A stretch of 64,000 bases of DNA, from assembly GCA_951406725.2 (NCBI GenBank), contig OX597814.1:27714001-27778000 (forward strand), written 5' to 3'. The DNA comes from Octopus vulgaris (lineage: Eukaryota). The position numbers and the translations under genes were made by a program. The notes beneath the pieces were generated by a model. It had not been told where the DNA came from. It did no database searches and saw only the letters and a list, made by a program, of their open reading frames with translations. The stretch's first letter is position 1, and each line of letters begins with the position of its first letter. Shown piece by piece: positions 43,925 to 59,874 of this stretch.

Positions 43925-46110
43925 CACTATTTTGTTTTATTAAGCACTCAGGCTTTTATGGAAGCACTCCGTCGGTTACGACGACGAGGGTTCCGGTTGA
44001 TCCGAATCAACGGAACAGCCTGCTCGTGAAATTAACGTGTAAGTGGCTGAGCACTCCACAGACACGTGTACCCTTAACGTAGTTCCCGGGGATATTCAGC
44101 GTGACACAGAGAGTGACAAGGCCGGCCCTTTGAAATACAGGTACAACAGAAACAGGAAGTAAGAGTGAGAGAAAGTTGTGGTGAAAGAGTACAGCAGGGA
44201 TCACCACCATCCCCTGCCGGAGCCTCGTAGAGCTTTAGGTGTTTTCGCTCAATAAACACTCACAACGCCCGGTCTGAGAATCGAAACCGCGATCCTATGA
44301 CCGCGAGTCCGCTGCCCTAACCACTGGGCCATTGCGCCTCCACTCAGGCTTTTATACGGAGCGGACAACACAAGGGCAGATAGAACGCCACAGTAGGGAC
44401 AAAATATACAAAACGAACGAAAATGAGGAAATGTTATATAATAATGAAGAAAAGAAATGGCTGCATGAGCCCCACTCTCATGCAGTACCAGTTGAACGTT
44501 TTTATGCACAGTTTATGATCTTTTCTTCTCCTTTGTTTTTTTTCCCCATTATCATCGTTTTTGTCTTCTCTTTTTTTTCTAAAAAAGCAATTTTGCTTAC
44601 TTTTTTCTTATTTCTCATAAATGGTTCCAGTTCTCTTAATTCCACCACTGGCGGCAGTTCGTCAAACTCCACCACAACTGCCGGCGGATCAAAATCACTT
44701 CCACACATTTCTTTTAACCTGTTATATCTACCTTTATCAATTACGATAGCCTTCGCATTTTCCAAGTAAATTTATCCTTAGGCAACTTAACCCTTATAAT
44801 AGATTTAAACTTCGTTATATTTCTTTCAGTCACTGGGTTCTTAGTGTATGTAACGAAATTCCACCTGTACTTTTTCGGCTTTCTCGCTTGTTTTCCTTTT
44901 CCTTGCTCCACTCTTGGTGCCTTCTCTCTTTATCTTTATCGTCCTCCATTTTGGTTAATGTCGCTGTTTCACGTTCATGCTGTTGTCTATCTACACCGCC
45001 TAAATATTCCTCCTCCACTGGTATAGCTAGTAACCTTGCTACTTCTCCTCTTTCTCAAGCTCCTCCTCGAGCTCTTCTTCAATCTCCTTATCTAATTCTT
45101 TTTTTATTTTTCTGCCTCTCCGGCGGAGAGCTAACTCTCTCTTTTCTTTTTCATTTTTTAACTACTGTGAATGCTTCCTCTGTTATTGCCGTCTCTTTCA
45201 CATCACCCTGTACCACTTCGTTCACCCTCTCCTGCTTCTCAGACCGTTCCATCTGTTGTTCCTGCTCTTCTCTCTCACTTCATATGGCCTTTCTCTCCAC
45301 ATAGGTAGCATATGGGAGGCCTACCACTCTCAGCTTCACATCCTCGGGTAAAACTACTTCGTCTGCAATCCTGTTTAGGTCACTTAAACTTGCTTGTATG
45401 GCCATCTTTATGCCACAACCCCATCAACTTAACCTTTTGGTTCCCGTCACTTTAAGTATTTTGGCATCTTCCTCCATGTTAAACATTATGACTGCTACCA
45501 ACCATGTTTCATTTATTTCTGGGGGTATTTTTCTTACTCTTACCCTGGCAACATGCTTGCCACAGTAAGTTGGCAAAAGTAAACATTTTGTTATTTTTAT
45601 GGCTACAGTGGAGTGCTTTATTGCTTCGTCTTCAGTCACGAATCGCACCTTCACTATGCCATACGGTCTTCCTCTTGTGATAAAAGTGGTGAACTTCTTA
45701 ATTTATTTTAAGCACTCTTCAATAGCTTCGATAGTTGCAATTTCGATTTTTCTCGATGACTGCTTCAATGTTTTAAATATTATAGTTCTTTTTGTCACAC
45801 TGTTCGTTAGTTCATCTGGTGGTGTTAATTTTAAAGTATTGCCTTCTCTTTTCAATAACTTTTCACACTCTTTTAGCTTCTTCGGTTCTACCTTCACCTC
45901 ACGAACTTCTAAAGGTCAGAGTCCACCCCTCTGCTAGTTGCTGCCGCATAACTGTGGCTTTTTGCTGGTACTTGTTCCATCTCACCCGATGAATGGGACG
46001 AAAACAAACACAATTTAACAATATCGTATGCAAACAACAGTAACACTAATTCCAACAATCAACAATCGTAGGAACACCCACGAGAGGAGACCTCCAACAA
46101 GTAATTAACA
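43925..46110 (-). mobile_element. ORF1-only L1/Tx1-like retroelement (HAL1-like), decayed
   Basis: Interrupted reading frame from about 45950 to 44502 with an RRM-like region (VKVRFVTEDEA, VRVRKIPPEI) and zinc knuckle GRPPICYLCGEKGHMK at about 45280-45325. A short 3' UTR ends AATAAAACAAAATAG. No endonuclease or RT sequence was seen. Confidence 0.7.
43959..44342 (-). mobile_element. SINE-C, head-1 + tail-1, inserted in the 3' end of the ORF1-only element
   Basis: TSD CACTCAGGCTTTTAT on both sides. Confidence 0.93.
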
Positions 46111-46233
46111 ATGTCACTCACGTCTTACAGGGATCACAAGTGATGAAACGGAATTGAAAAAAAATCTGTCAACTATTTTCTTTTATTAAGCACTCGGGCT
46201 TTTACACAGAGGGGACATACACACAACGTACAT

Positions 46234-47337
46234 ATAAGAGGTCTGATCATTAAGTATCCGGACTGTTGCCATAGTAACGAAGAGTGAAGCCACTTGGCAA
46301 AGATTGACCTTGAACTCTGCTATGCATGCGCCCTAAGTTTTAACATTCTAGCTCACTTCTGCTGTTTACAGCAGTGCTTAGAAGGAAGGTGTGTAGCGTA
46401 TGATCGTCGCATTGACCATGACAGAGAAAGTTGTCATGGCGATGCCTGTTCAGAGGCCTACGCAAAATTGCAGTTAATGTATGGAGAGGAGTGTATGAAC
46501 TGTACAGAAGTGTAGGAGTGATTCAGACATTTCCAAGATGGCCGAAAAAATTGTTGATATTGATGAACGATCTAGGAGACTCGCAACCAGCAGAAACGAG
46601 AAAAATATCGGAGATGTGGTGCAGTTGTGAGGGAAAATCGTCGAATCACCATCCGTAAGTTATCAAAGTATGTGCAGATTAGTTACGGTTCAGTTCAATC
46701 CATTATCATTGAGGATTTGAGTTATGAGAAGCGTATCTGCCAAGTTTGTGCCAAAACTGCTTTCGGTTAACCAAAAGGTCTCTGAGGTTTTAGTTGCATA
46801 ATATCTCCTTGATTGTGTCAAGAACGATGAAAACTTTTTGAAAACTTTGAAAACTCAGGCCTCTGAGCTGATATCACCATGCTTTTGGCAAAATTTGATG
46901 CAGATTCTCTGCCCAACTTTCTCTGTTATGGTCAATAAGACGATCACACACTACACACGTTCCTTTCAAGCATTGCTGTAAACTGCAGAAGTGAGCTAGA
47001 CCGTTAAAACTTAGTGTGCATGCACATCAGAGTTTAAGGTCAATCTGAGCCAAAGCGGCTTCATTCTGCGTGCTTCAGCGTTGTTACTATACTCTCTTTT
47101 ACTCTTTTACTTGTTTCAGTCATTTGACTGTGGCCATACTGGAGCACCACTTTTAGTCGATAACATCGACCCCAGTAAGCCTAGTACTTACTCTATCGGT
47201 CTCTTTTGCCGAACCGCTAGGTTACAAGGACGTAAACACACCAGCATCGGTTGTCAAGCGATCTTGGGGAGGGGACTAACACAGACACGCAAACATACAC
47301 ACACACACAAACACACACACACACACACACACACATA

Positions 47338-47398
<61 letters not shown>

Positions 47399-47568
47399 GA
47401 CGGGCTTTTTCCGTTTCCGCCAACCAAATCCACTTACAAGGCATTGGTCAGCCCGAGGCTATAGTAGAAGTGGGACTGAACACGGAACCATGTGGTTGAT
47501 AAGCAAGCTACTTACCACACAGCCACTCCTACTATGGCAACAACGCGGATATTTTTTGACCACACCAC
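46234..47568 (+). mobile_element. Non-autonomous mariner with long (~250-bp) inverted ends, interrupted by SINE-B
   Basis: N-terminal transposase remnants AYAKLQLMYGEECM...ENRRITIR...ISYGSVQSII...AKFVPKLL. The right arm (46855-47088 plus 47531-47568) is an inverted copy of the left end, encoding TEKVGQRICIKFCQKHG. Confidence 0.85.
47090..47530 (-). mobile_element. SINE-B inserted in the mariner right arm
   Basis: Family match; TSD TACTAT. Confidence 0.88.
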
Positions 47569-47889
47569 GTATATGTAGATATATATGTATACGAAATTAA
47601 ACAAAATACAAAGGAACAGGAAATTATGCAATGAACGTCCTTGGTTTACAGGTGTTTCTGCTATAGGACGCAGTGCACTCAGAGATACGTGATTCAGCAT
47701 CACCTTATAGCTTCCTCGGAGCTTCTAAAACGAAATGCAAGTTTATTGGGGAAACCATTTACATGCATTGAAATGATCATCGTCGAAAAAAAATAAGTAT
47801 AGATTTCATTATCTAAGATACGATTAAAACTTTTTATGCTAAAAGAATGTAAGTTTAAAAAAGAATTAATAATACCAGTACGGCACCAG

Positions 47890-51100
<3,211 letters not shown>

Positions 51101-51397
51101 CTGTCACCCATTGGGACTGGTTTAATGAAACTAATGCCGAGGTTCAGAGACTCTTGTTTGCAAAACATGACACTCTTTATACATTACTGTGCAGTGAACT
51201 CTCTGAGCAGTAGAATCTACGCTTGTTTACTACAAGGCTATAAAATATTTATACCAAGTCTATAAAATATCACTCTTTGGAAGGTCTTGCCTTGATTTTC
51301 TAGTAGTTGATGATGACGTATTTTGTTGCCTAAAGAACAGAGACTGCTAGTTGCTGGATTGAACACTTTTCTTAATTGTTAAACCAATGAATCTGTT

Positions 51398-52555
51398 TTG
51401 ATTGATTGATTGATTCTAGTTTCAGCTCACGAGCTGTGGCCATGCTTGGGCACCGCCATTTGGTGTTGCTACATGGTTTTACTTCACGAATGCTTTTTAG
51501 CAACTGCCATTTGGTGCATGAGAGAGTTCGATGCAGCTGCCCTCATCTGCACCTCCTGCCGTGAAGTTGGTTCATCTGGGATACCTGACAAGAAGAGATC
51601 CAGTTTCATTTTAAAAACATCTGCATCCACCCCATGCAGGTCTCTTAGGTTCTTCGGGAGGATATTGAAGAGCTGTGGGCCTCGGAAGCCCAGGCTATCA
51701 CAGTATCTTGTCCTACATCTTGATGGCAAATTTGGAGTCCTAGGCACCAAGCAGTGGCGCCCAGTTCTGGCATTTGTGTAACTCTCGATGCCAAAGTTTG
51801 GGACAAGTCCCTCCAGGATCTTCCAGATGTATATTATGGCATATCTTTCTCGCCTACGCTCCAAGGAATAGAGTTTTAATTTCTTGAGTCTTTCCAAGTA
51901 GCTTATATTCTGCACAGAGGCTTCGTGTAGCTACGTTGGATCGCCTCAAGTTCTGTGATCAACTTGACACTGGATGGTGACCATAGCTGAGAGCAATAGT
52001 CAAAGTGCCTTAGGACAAGTGTCCTCCAGAGGACCATCATGGTTTCTTGTTCTCTTGTTCTAAAGGTTCTGAGAATCCATCCTGCCAGTCGTCTACATTT
52101 CATTGCCAATTTAGCAACATGTACACGAAAGGTGGCGTCATCACTCATGTAAATACCCAGGTCACGCACTGATTGTGCCTCTGGGATTGCAATTCCTTCG
52201 GATCCAGTGTGAGTGTGCCATCCTTTTCAAGGAGTGGCCCTATCCTACAGTGCACCGTAGCTGTTTCTTTGGCATACCTGTAGAAAGCTCTGGGGCTAGA
52301 TTTTATGTTGTCTATAGCCCAGGCTTCTTTGTCTGCTCTTTCCTTTTCATGGGAGAGTTGCAGACATTTTTCAATTTCCAACAGTTTTATTTTCAGGCAG
52401 GACTTTTCACTGCTTTCAATTTGTTTGTTTAGGCGATTTGAAATTTTTGTACGCCGTCTCATTTAAATTTTCCTCTCTCTGGGGATTTTGTTCTTGTGTA
52501 CAGTGGCTTTTCTCTCTGGGACACATTTGTAGCATATGGCTTGCATTACAGGATA
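51398..52555 (-). mobile_element. CR1-clade LINE ORF2 remnant with internal deletion of the RT core
   Basis: RDLGIYMS...DYCSQLWSP...LEAIQR...SYLERLKKLKLYSLERRRERY...FKMKLDLFL, fused at about 52195 to the tether region IKSSPRAFYRY. 3' tail (CAAT)n. Confidence 0.9.
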
Positions 52556-53156
52556 ATGCAGTAATTATTTGACTGTTGAGGATGATGCAGTAATTATTTG
52601 ACTGTATACAGTTTGATTTAATGTATTTTTCTAGGATGTGGTGACTGATAAACAGGCAATTGAAAGGAGTTTGGAGCTGTGCCGATCAGCTCCTGATTAA
52701 TAAAGCTACTTCAGAGGAAACAAAACTGCAAGTTGATGACGCCTTGACTGATTAGAATATAATAAAGTATTTAACCATGTCCCTCACTCATAGACACTAT
52801 CGTCGCTTCGCCTCGCCACGATTTCATCTGTTTTAATCGAGGCAACTAAATGATAGATTACAACATAGTCCACGTAGCTACCACTAAGAGTTGAAGCAAC
52901 TACTATAGTTACAAAAAGAATTAGATTATCAACGGGAATATTCAGAGGATACTTTCTCTGTAATGTTTGTCCTGAGAGTGAATTCATTGTTGACTTTGTT
53001 AAGTCAGATGTCAAAACTACATGTTAGAATCTGCAGAAATGTGGAAAATTAATATTAGTCATATCCTTTTGTCGACGATCCAGAGGCGTATTCAAGTAAT
53101 ATCATAACACCAGGAGGCAGTTAGAACAGGTCACAGCATACTCACAATCACGTGGG

Positions 53157-53540
53157 GGAAGCACTCCGTCGGTTACGACGACGAGGGTACCGGTTGATCC
53201 GAATCAACGGAACAGCCTGCTCGTGAAATTAACGTGTAAGTGGCTGAGCACTCCACAGACACGTGCACCCTTAACGTAGTTCTCGGGGATATTCAGCGTG
53301 ACACAGAGAGTGACAAGGCCGGCCCCTTGAAATACAGGTACAACAGAAACAGGAAAGAAGAGTGAGAAAAAGTTGTGGTGAAAGAGTACAGCAGGGATCA
53401 CCACCATCCCCTGCCGGAGCCTCGTGGAGCTTTTAGGTGTTTTCACTCAATAAACACTCACAACGCCCGGTCTGGGAATCGAAACCGCGATCCTACGACC
53501 GCGAGTCCGCTGCCCTAACCACTGGGCCATTGCGCCTCCA
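53157..53540 (-). mobile_element. SINE-C, head-1 + tail-1
   Basis: Near-identical copy; TSD ACTCACAAT(C/G)ACGT. Confidence 0.93.
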
Positions 53541-53654
53541 CTCACAATGACGTAGGAGTGGAGTGTAGTCAGCTTTTCGGACACACGTTCCATCAAACTT
53601 TCTTCCATCGGGTCTTTGTCAACTTCTTTTTTAAATGAATTTGTTTTAGTATCT

Positions 53655-54040
53655 TTTATCTTTTACTTCAGTTGTTAGACTGCGGTCATGCTGGGGCACT
53701 GCCTTGAAGAATTTCTAGTCCAATGTTTTTTTCTTTAATCTTGGTACTATTGTCTATCAGTCTCTTTTGTAGAACCGCTATGTTACGTGACGTAAACACA
53801 CCAACACCGGTTGTCAAGCGGTTGTGGGGGCGAGGGCAAACACAGACACAAAGACACAAACATAGATAAATACATATGTATATACAACAGGCTTCATTCA
53901 GTTTCTTTCTACAAAATCTACTCACAAAGATTTGGTCAACCCGAGGCTGTAGGAAATGGCTCTTGGCCAAGGTGCCACACAGTGGGACTGAATACGAAAC
54001 CATGAGATTGGGAGGCAAGCTTTTTACCACACAGCCACTT
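53655..54040 (-). mobile_element. SINE-B, diverged
   Basis: Family motifs retained. Confidence 0.8.
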
Positions 54041-54389
54041 CTAATTTTTGCTTGTGAAAATTTTTTTCAAATATTGTGACTGCGTCAGGAAAAAAAAATG
54101 TCTAAAAAATTATATATCTATATACATTGCACTGCATAAGTTGAATAAATTCAAATTATGCGTTAGAAGCAGCATAATAATGTAAATATTACTAAAACCA
54201 CCTATTTAACATACGTGTGTTGCTTAAACGCTAGGATCTTAGGTGTTTTTTCGATCGGGATAGATACATTTAAAGACGTTTTGCTTCGATCTGAAGAACA
54301 CTGGGTTCAACACCTCTTTAAAGGCATCTTTCTCGGATGAAAACCACTACTCCTGTCGTTTAAACACTACAGTTATGTGAATTATGTGA

Positions 54390-54506
<117 letters not shown>

Positions 54507-55265
54507 TATATCGGGAGAGAGAGAGACAGGTAGATAGAGAGATAAATAGATTAACAATGCACGAATATGAGAAAGGTGAAGAATGAAACGTAGATTGTAA
54601 AGATAGTAGAACGTAAGAATTATATGAATGTATTACGGGGAGAGGAGAGAAGTATGTTTGTGTAACGTATGTGCACCTGAGTGATATATCGCATACACTC
54701 GTGCGTGTATGTGAATGTGTGTGAATCACACAGAACAAGACAGGAAATGGCCGACATAGTTGAACGAAAAAGGGAGGAAGTTATAAGGAATATAGGTGAT
54801 GTTAGACTTAGTGTGAGGTGGGAAAAGAGAGTGGGGGAGAAGGAGGAAGTGTTGAAGCAACGTGGGGGAAAACCTTGAAATCAGAGGAAAGGGTCGCGAG
54901 AAAATCGGACAGGCTTGCTCTTGTTTGTTGAACAGAAGGTTTAAATATACTTGTTTACATTTCCTATATGAGGCATTGTCTCCTTCACAGGAGACAAAAC
55001 CTTTTTTTTTTTGTTTTTGTTTATTCTTGGCGCCAGTTTTTCTTGATTGAACTGATATTGCTAGTTTGAATGGAGGCTGTACTTTAAGATCTGTTTGTGA
55101 ATAGAAGGAATTGAGTACAGTTGTGGTAATATGGTTAACAAGTTCGCTTCGGAATCACCTGCGCGTGGGGCACGTGTATCTTCTACAGTAGCCTCAGATT
55201 GACCTTCTGTATAGAACTTGATAAACGTAGAAGGACACTTTGTCGAAGACCACCGTGTGTCTGTA

Positions 55266-55300
<35 letters not shown>

Positions 55301-56104
55301 TCAATCACGGTAATGGTTGACTATATTCTTAAGTCCACCATTTGGTCAATCGCAGCAGTTTCCAAGCTTCACCACTAATTCAATTCTCAACTAAATTGCA
55401 AACTGTTAAAATCTCATCACACAATCGAACCAATGAAAGAGTCTCAATCTGGTCGCCCGACACGCTAAAAATAGCAGCCAAAGTATCCCCCTACCTAAAT
55501 CACACGCCCATTGTATGTAATGTCCTAGATTATCCCTAAAAAGACGGTTTGCTGAAGACTGGAATGTCTTTGATGATACGTTTGCAGTATCAGTGTTTAT
55601 TTGAGGCCAAATAACATTTTGGTCGATTTCTATATTAACACCCGCACGATTTTCACTAAGAAAAAAAATTGATTTTTTGCGTGGAATCAAGTACCCTGAC
55701 CTCCTAATATACTGAAAATCTCTTATTTTCGTTCGGAAAAAATGAGGTGGGGTCCCCCACCCCAATTCCGGAACCATTACAAATTTTGTTTTTCATTGAA
55801 TGCATACCTGTGACCTAATATTGCAAAATTAAGTTACTTAAGGTGAACCTGGTAACTAATGGTTTTGGGGTCTTGTTGTTTGTAACTTTTGGTGAGCCAT
55901 GGTGCAACCAGCAACATGGTAAAAATCCCTGCCATTAATTTGGTGTGGATGGATAATATCAAATAATTCAATCACAACATATATTCAAATTAAACACGAA
56001 AAAATTGAAATAATATCTTTCAGTATTTTATAAGGTAAAATCTTATATTATTAATTGACACATTATTAATTATCTTATAACAGCAATGCCTGGAAAAATC
56101 ATGG

Positions 56105-56626
56105 ATTACATGGAAAAATGCGAGCATAAAAAGTCATATTCTTAAGATTATAAACCTGGAAAAGTACAGGACAAGTTATTACACCTGTAAAAGTATAGGA
56201 CAAGCTATTACTTCTAGTAAAATAAAGAATAAGAAACTTTTTACTTAGAATATTGCAGCTGAAATTAAAATTTGAACATTAAAACTTATTTTATTATAGT
56301 TTACAAATAACACTATACTTATTTAAGTAGAATTTGGCTAATTTACTACCTTAAATACAGAAAAAAAGTGACTAATTAGACAAACTTACAAATTAGCTGA
56401 ACAGTTTTGTACAATAAATTTAAAAGATGAGAACTGTAAAAAGTGATAAATTAGAAGTACTGGCATTCTTTGCTGCAATATTTTAAGTAAAAAGTTTCTT
56501 ATTCTTTACTTTACTCGAACTAATAGCTTGTCCTATACTTTTACAGGTGTAATAACTTGTCCTGTACTTTTCTAGGTTTATAATCTTAAGAATATGACTT
56601 TTCATGCTCGCATTTTTCCACGTAAT
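56105..56626. mobile_element. Foldback/MITE with ~155-bp TIRs
   Basis: 56105-56259 and 56473-56626 are near-perfect reverse complements (TGGAAAAATGCGAGCAT...AATATTGCAGC). Confidence 0.85.
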
Positions 56627-56634
56627 ATATATAT

Positions 56635-56850
56635 ACTCTTTACTCTTTACTCTTTTACTTGTTTCAGTCATTTGACTGCAGCCATGCTGGAGCACCGCCT
56701 TTAGTCGAGCAAATCGACCCCCGGACTTATTCTTTGTAAGCCCAGTACTTATTCTATCAGTCTCTTTTGCCGAACCGCTAAGTGACGGGGACGTAAATAC
56801 ACCAGCATCGGTTGTCAAGCAATGCTAGGGGGACAAACACAGACACACAA

Positions 56851-56886
<36 letters not shown>

Positions 56887-57056
56887 ATATATACGACAGG
56901 CTTCTTTCAGTTTCCGTCTACCAAATCCACTCACAAGGAATTGGTCGGCCCGGGGCTATAGCAGAAGACACTTGCCTAAGATGCCACGCAGTGGGACCGA
57001 ACCCGGAACCATGTGGTTGGTTAGCAAGCTACTTACCACACAGCCACTCCTGTGCC
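56635..57056 (-). mobile_element. SINE-B
   Basis: Full-length young copy. Confidence 0.92.
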
Positions 57057-57329
57057 TATATAGTTAAAAGTTAGAGAAAAACAAAAGACCAAGACAGGTG
57101 TATAAGCAAAAAACGGTTTAGCCTTGTGGGTAAGAAAGAAACAGATAAATAAAATAATAACGGAGTACTAATGTTTTTTTTGCTCCCATACAAAAAAATA
57201 AAACAAAATAAAAAACAAAAACACTTGACCGCTCTCAAGTTACATGCTTATTTTTTGAGGTATGGAAGTTGTTAATAAGCTATTTGCTGAAAGTATACTG
57301 AGTCAGAAAGTTATCAATTAGTGAATATA

Positions 57330-57563
57330 ACTCGTTACTCGTTTACTCGTTTACTCGTTTACTTCTTTCAGTCAGTTGACTGCGGCCATGCTGGAGCACC
57401 GCCTTTAGTCGAGCAACTCGACCCCGGGACTTATTGTTTGTAAGCCCAGTACTTATTCTATCGGTCTCTTTTGCCGTACCGCTAAGTGACGGGGACATAA
57501 ACACACCAGCATCGGTTGTCAAGCAATGCAAGGGGGACAAACACAGACACACAAACATACACG

Positions 57564-57621
<58 letters not shown>

Positions 57622-57786
57622 TACGACGGGCTTCTTTCATTTTCCGTCTACCAAATCCACTCACAAGGCTTTGGTCGGCCCGAGGCTATAGTAGAAGACA
57701 CTTGCCCAAGGTGCCACGCAGTGGGACTGAACCCGGAACCATGTGGCTGGTAAGCAAGCTACTTACCACACAGCCACTCCTGCGCC
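57330..57786 (-). mobile_element. SINE-B with variant (TAAACGAG)n tail
   Basis: Full-length copy; tail reads TTACTCGT repeats on the plus strand. Confidence 0.92.
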
Positions 57787-57981
57787 TGTTGTCACCTTAA
57801 AATATTAAATACAGAAATTCGATTTTAAAATGTTAATTTTCTAGAGACTTTACTATCGAGAGTACATACTCAAACGTTTATTGGAACTTAAAATCAATCA
57901 AGTTTAAAGAAAGTTGGCAGCGTTGATTAAATAATTACTTATGGTGTAGTAGTGTTATGCTAATGGAGCTTACAAATTTAT

Positions 57982-58309
57982 GAGGGCGCGTGGCTTAGTG
58001 GTTAGGGCACTCGGCTCATGATCGTAAGGTTGTGAGTTCGATTCCCGGCGACGCGTTGTGTCCTTGAGCAAGACACTTTATTTCACGTTGCTCCAGTCCA
58101 CTCAGCTGGCAAAAATGAGTTGTACTTGTATTTCAAAGGGTCAGCCTTGTCACTCTCTGTGTCACGCTGATTATCCCCGAGAACTACGTTAAGGGTACAC
58201 GTGTCTGTGGAATGCTCAGCCATTTGCACGTTAATTTCACGAGCAAGCTGTTCCGTTGATCGTATCAGCTGGGACCCTCGTCGTCGTTACCGGCGGAGTC
58301 TTTTTTTTT
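57982..58309 (+). mobile_element. SINE-C, head-2 + tail-1, ending in poly(T)
   Basis: TSD TTACAAATTTAT at 57970 and 58310. Confidence 0.92.
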
Positions 58310-59314
58310 TTACAAATTTATAGTAAATTCTGGGTTCATTCTTAAATATCATCTTAGCAATGGGGTCATAATTGCATGCATAGATTAGGGTAAAACAACG
58401 CTTCAGTTTTAGTGACCTGGTTTCGCTTCCCAGTTGCAACCCTACAATATATTTTTCATTTTAATAATATTAAAATGAGCTATTGTTAATAAGTTTATAA
58501 TTTTATGGACAATTAAAATCATCTTTTGGGATATTTACTTCTACAAGGGCAGTAATTAGAGTTGATATATTCGTTAGAGCGTACGAGGGAAAGCACCGTT
58601 TAGTGTTATGTTACGACATACAGTTTTTTTCTTTGTTAACTTGGAGGTCAAGGTTGTCTTTAATCCTTGGAGATCAAGGTTGTCTTTAATCTTTAATTCG
58701 ATAAAATGAATTTCCAGTTAGGTAAAGTACAGATCGATTTAAACGAGTATTCACATTTCTCTCTGATCTCTGGCTTTGTATGAATTCATCACCTTTAAAA
58801 AATAAAATATAAATAATAAAAGCATGTAAGAGTTCAGATAATTATTTTGTTGCAAAAAACCAAAAAAGGGGTAAGAAAAAATAATAAGAAAAATAAAATA
58901 ATGTCAGTTAACAGTTTGTTTATATAATAGTACATTGTCCTAATCGGCTCAGAAGATTTGTTTAATCCGCTGGCTCGAGGACGCAATATGGAGAAGTACT
59001 TATATGAATGCTATTTAAGCGTAATAATGTGTTAATGTGACCTTGGAATTGTAATAAAGATTTTTCTAGTGTCAAAAAGCAGTACAGAGCCGGACTAGAT
59101 GTTTTATAGTATTTAGGTCGGTCGCTTTCGATTTCGAAACGCGTGAAAGCAAAATACGGAATACTGTGTCTTTCTGTAATATTTTATTTTATTTATCACA
59201 TATCCATATGTAATTGTGTCTGTCTGTTCATACATTGTTCTGTCTGTCTGTCTGTCTCCCTTTCTGGTTCTCTCAATTACTCTCTCTCCCTCTCCCTCCA
59301 CACACACATGTATA

Positions 59315-59514
59315 TACTCTTTTACTCTTTTACTTGTTTCAGTCATTTGACTGCGGCCATGCTGGAACACCGCCTTTAGTCGAGCAACTCGACCCCGGGA
59401 CTTATTCTTTTTGTAAGCCCAGTACTTATTCTATCGGTCTCTTTTTGCCGAACCGCTAAGTGACGGGGACGTAATCACACCAGCATCGGTTGTCAAGCAA
59501 TGCTAGGGGAACAA

Positions 59515-59545
<31 letters not shown>

Positions 59546-59718
59546 CATATATATACGACAGGCTTCTTTCAGTTTCCGTTTACCAAATCCACTCACAAGG
59601 CATTGGTCTGCCCGGGATTATAGCAGAAGACACTTGCCCAAGATGCCACGCAGTGGGACTGAACCCAGAACCATGTGGTTGGTTAGCAAGCTACTTACCA
59701 CACAGCCTCTCCTGCGCC
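59315..59718 (-). mobile_element. SINE-B
   Basis: Full-length copy. Confidence 0.92.
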
Positions 59719-59874
59719 TATATGCACACATTGTACAAAAACACACGTATGTATGTATGTATGTATGTATGTATGTATGTATGTATGTATGTATGTATGT
59801 ATGTACGTACGTACGTACGTACGTACGTACGTATGTATGTATGTATGTATGTATGTATGTATGCATGTATAATT

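Noticed and set aside
52784-53030. Possible host exon on the minus strand (CTGCAG acceptor, GTGAG donor)
   Set aside because: All three frames hit a stop soon after the acceptor, and the peptide is unrecognised.
55634-55790. TTAA-CACCCG start resembling a piggyBac end
   Set aside because: No matching inverted end was found.
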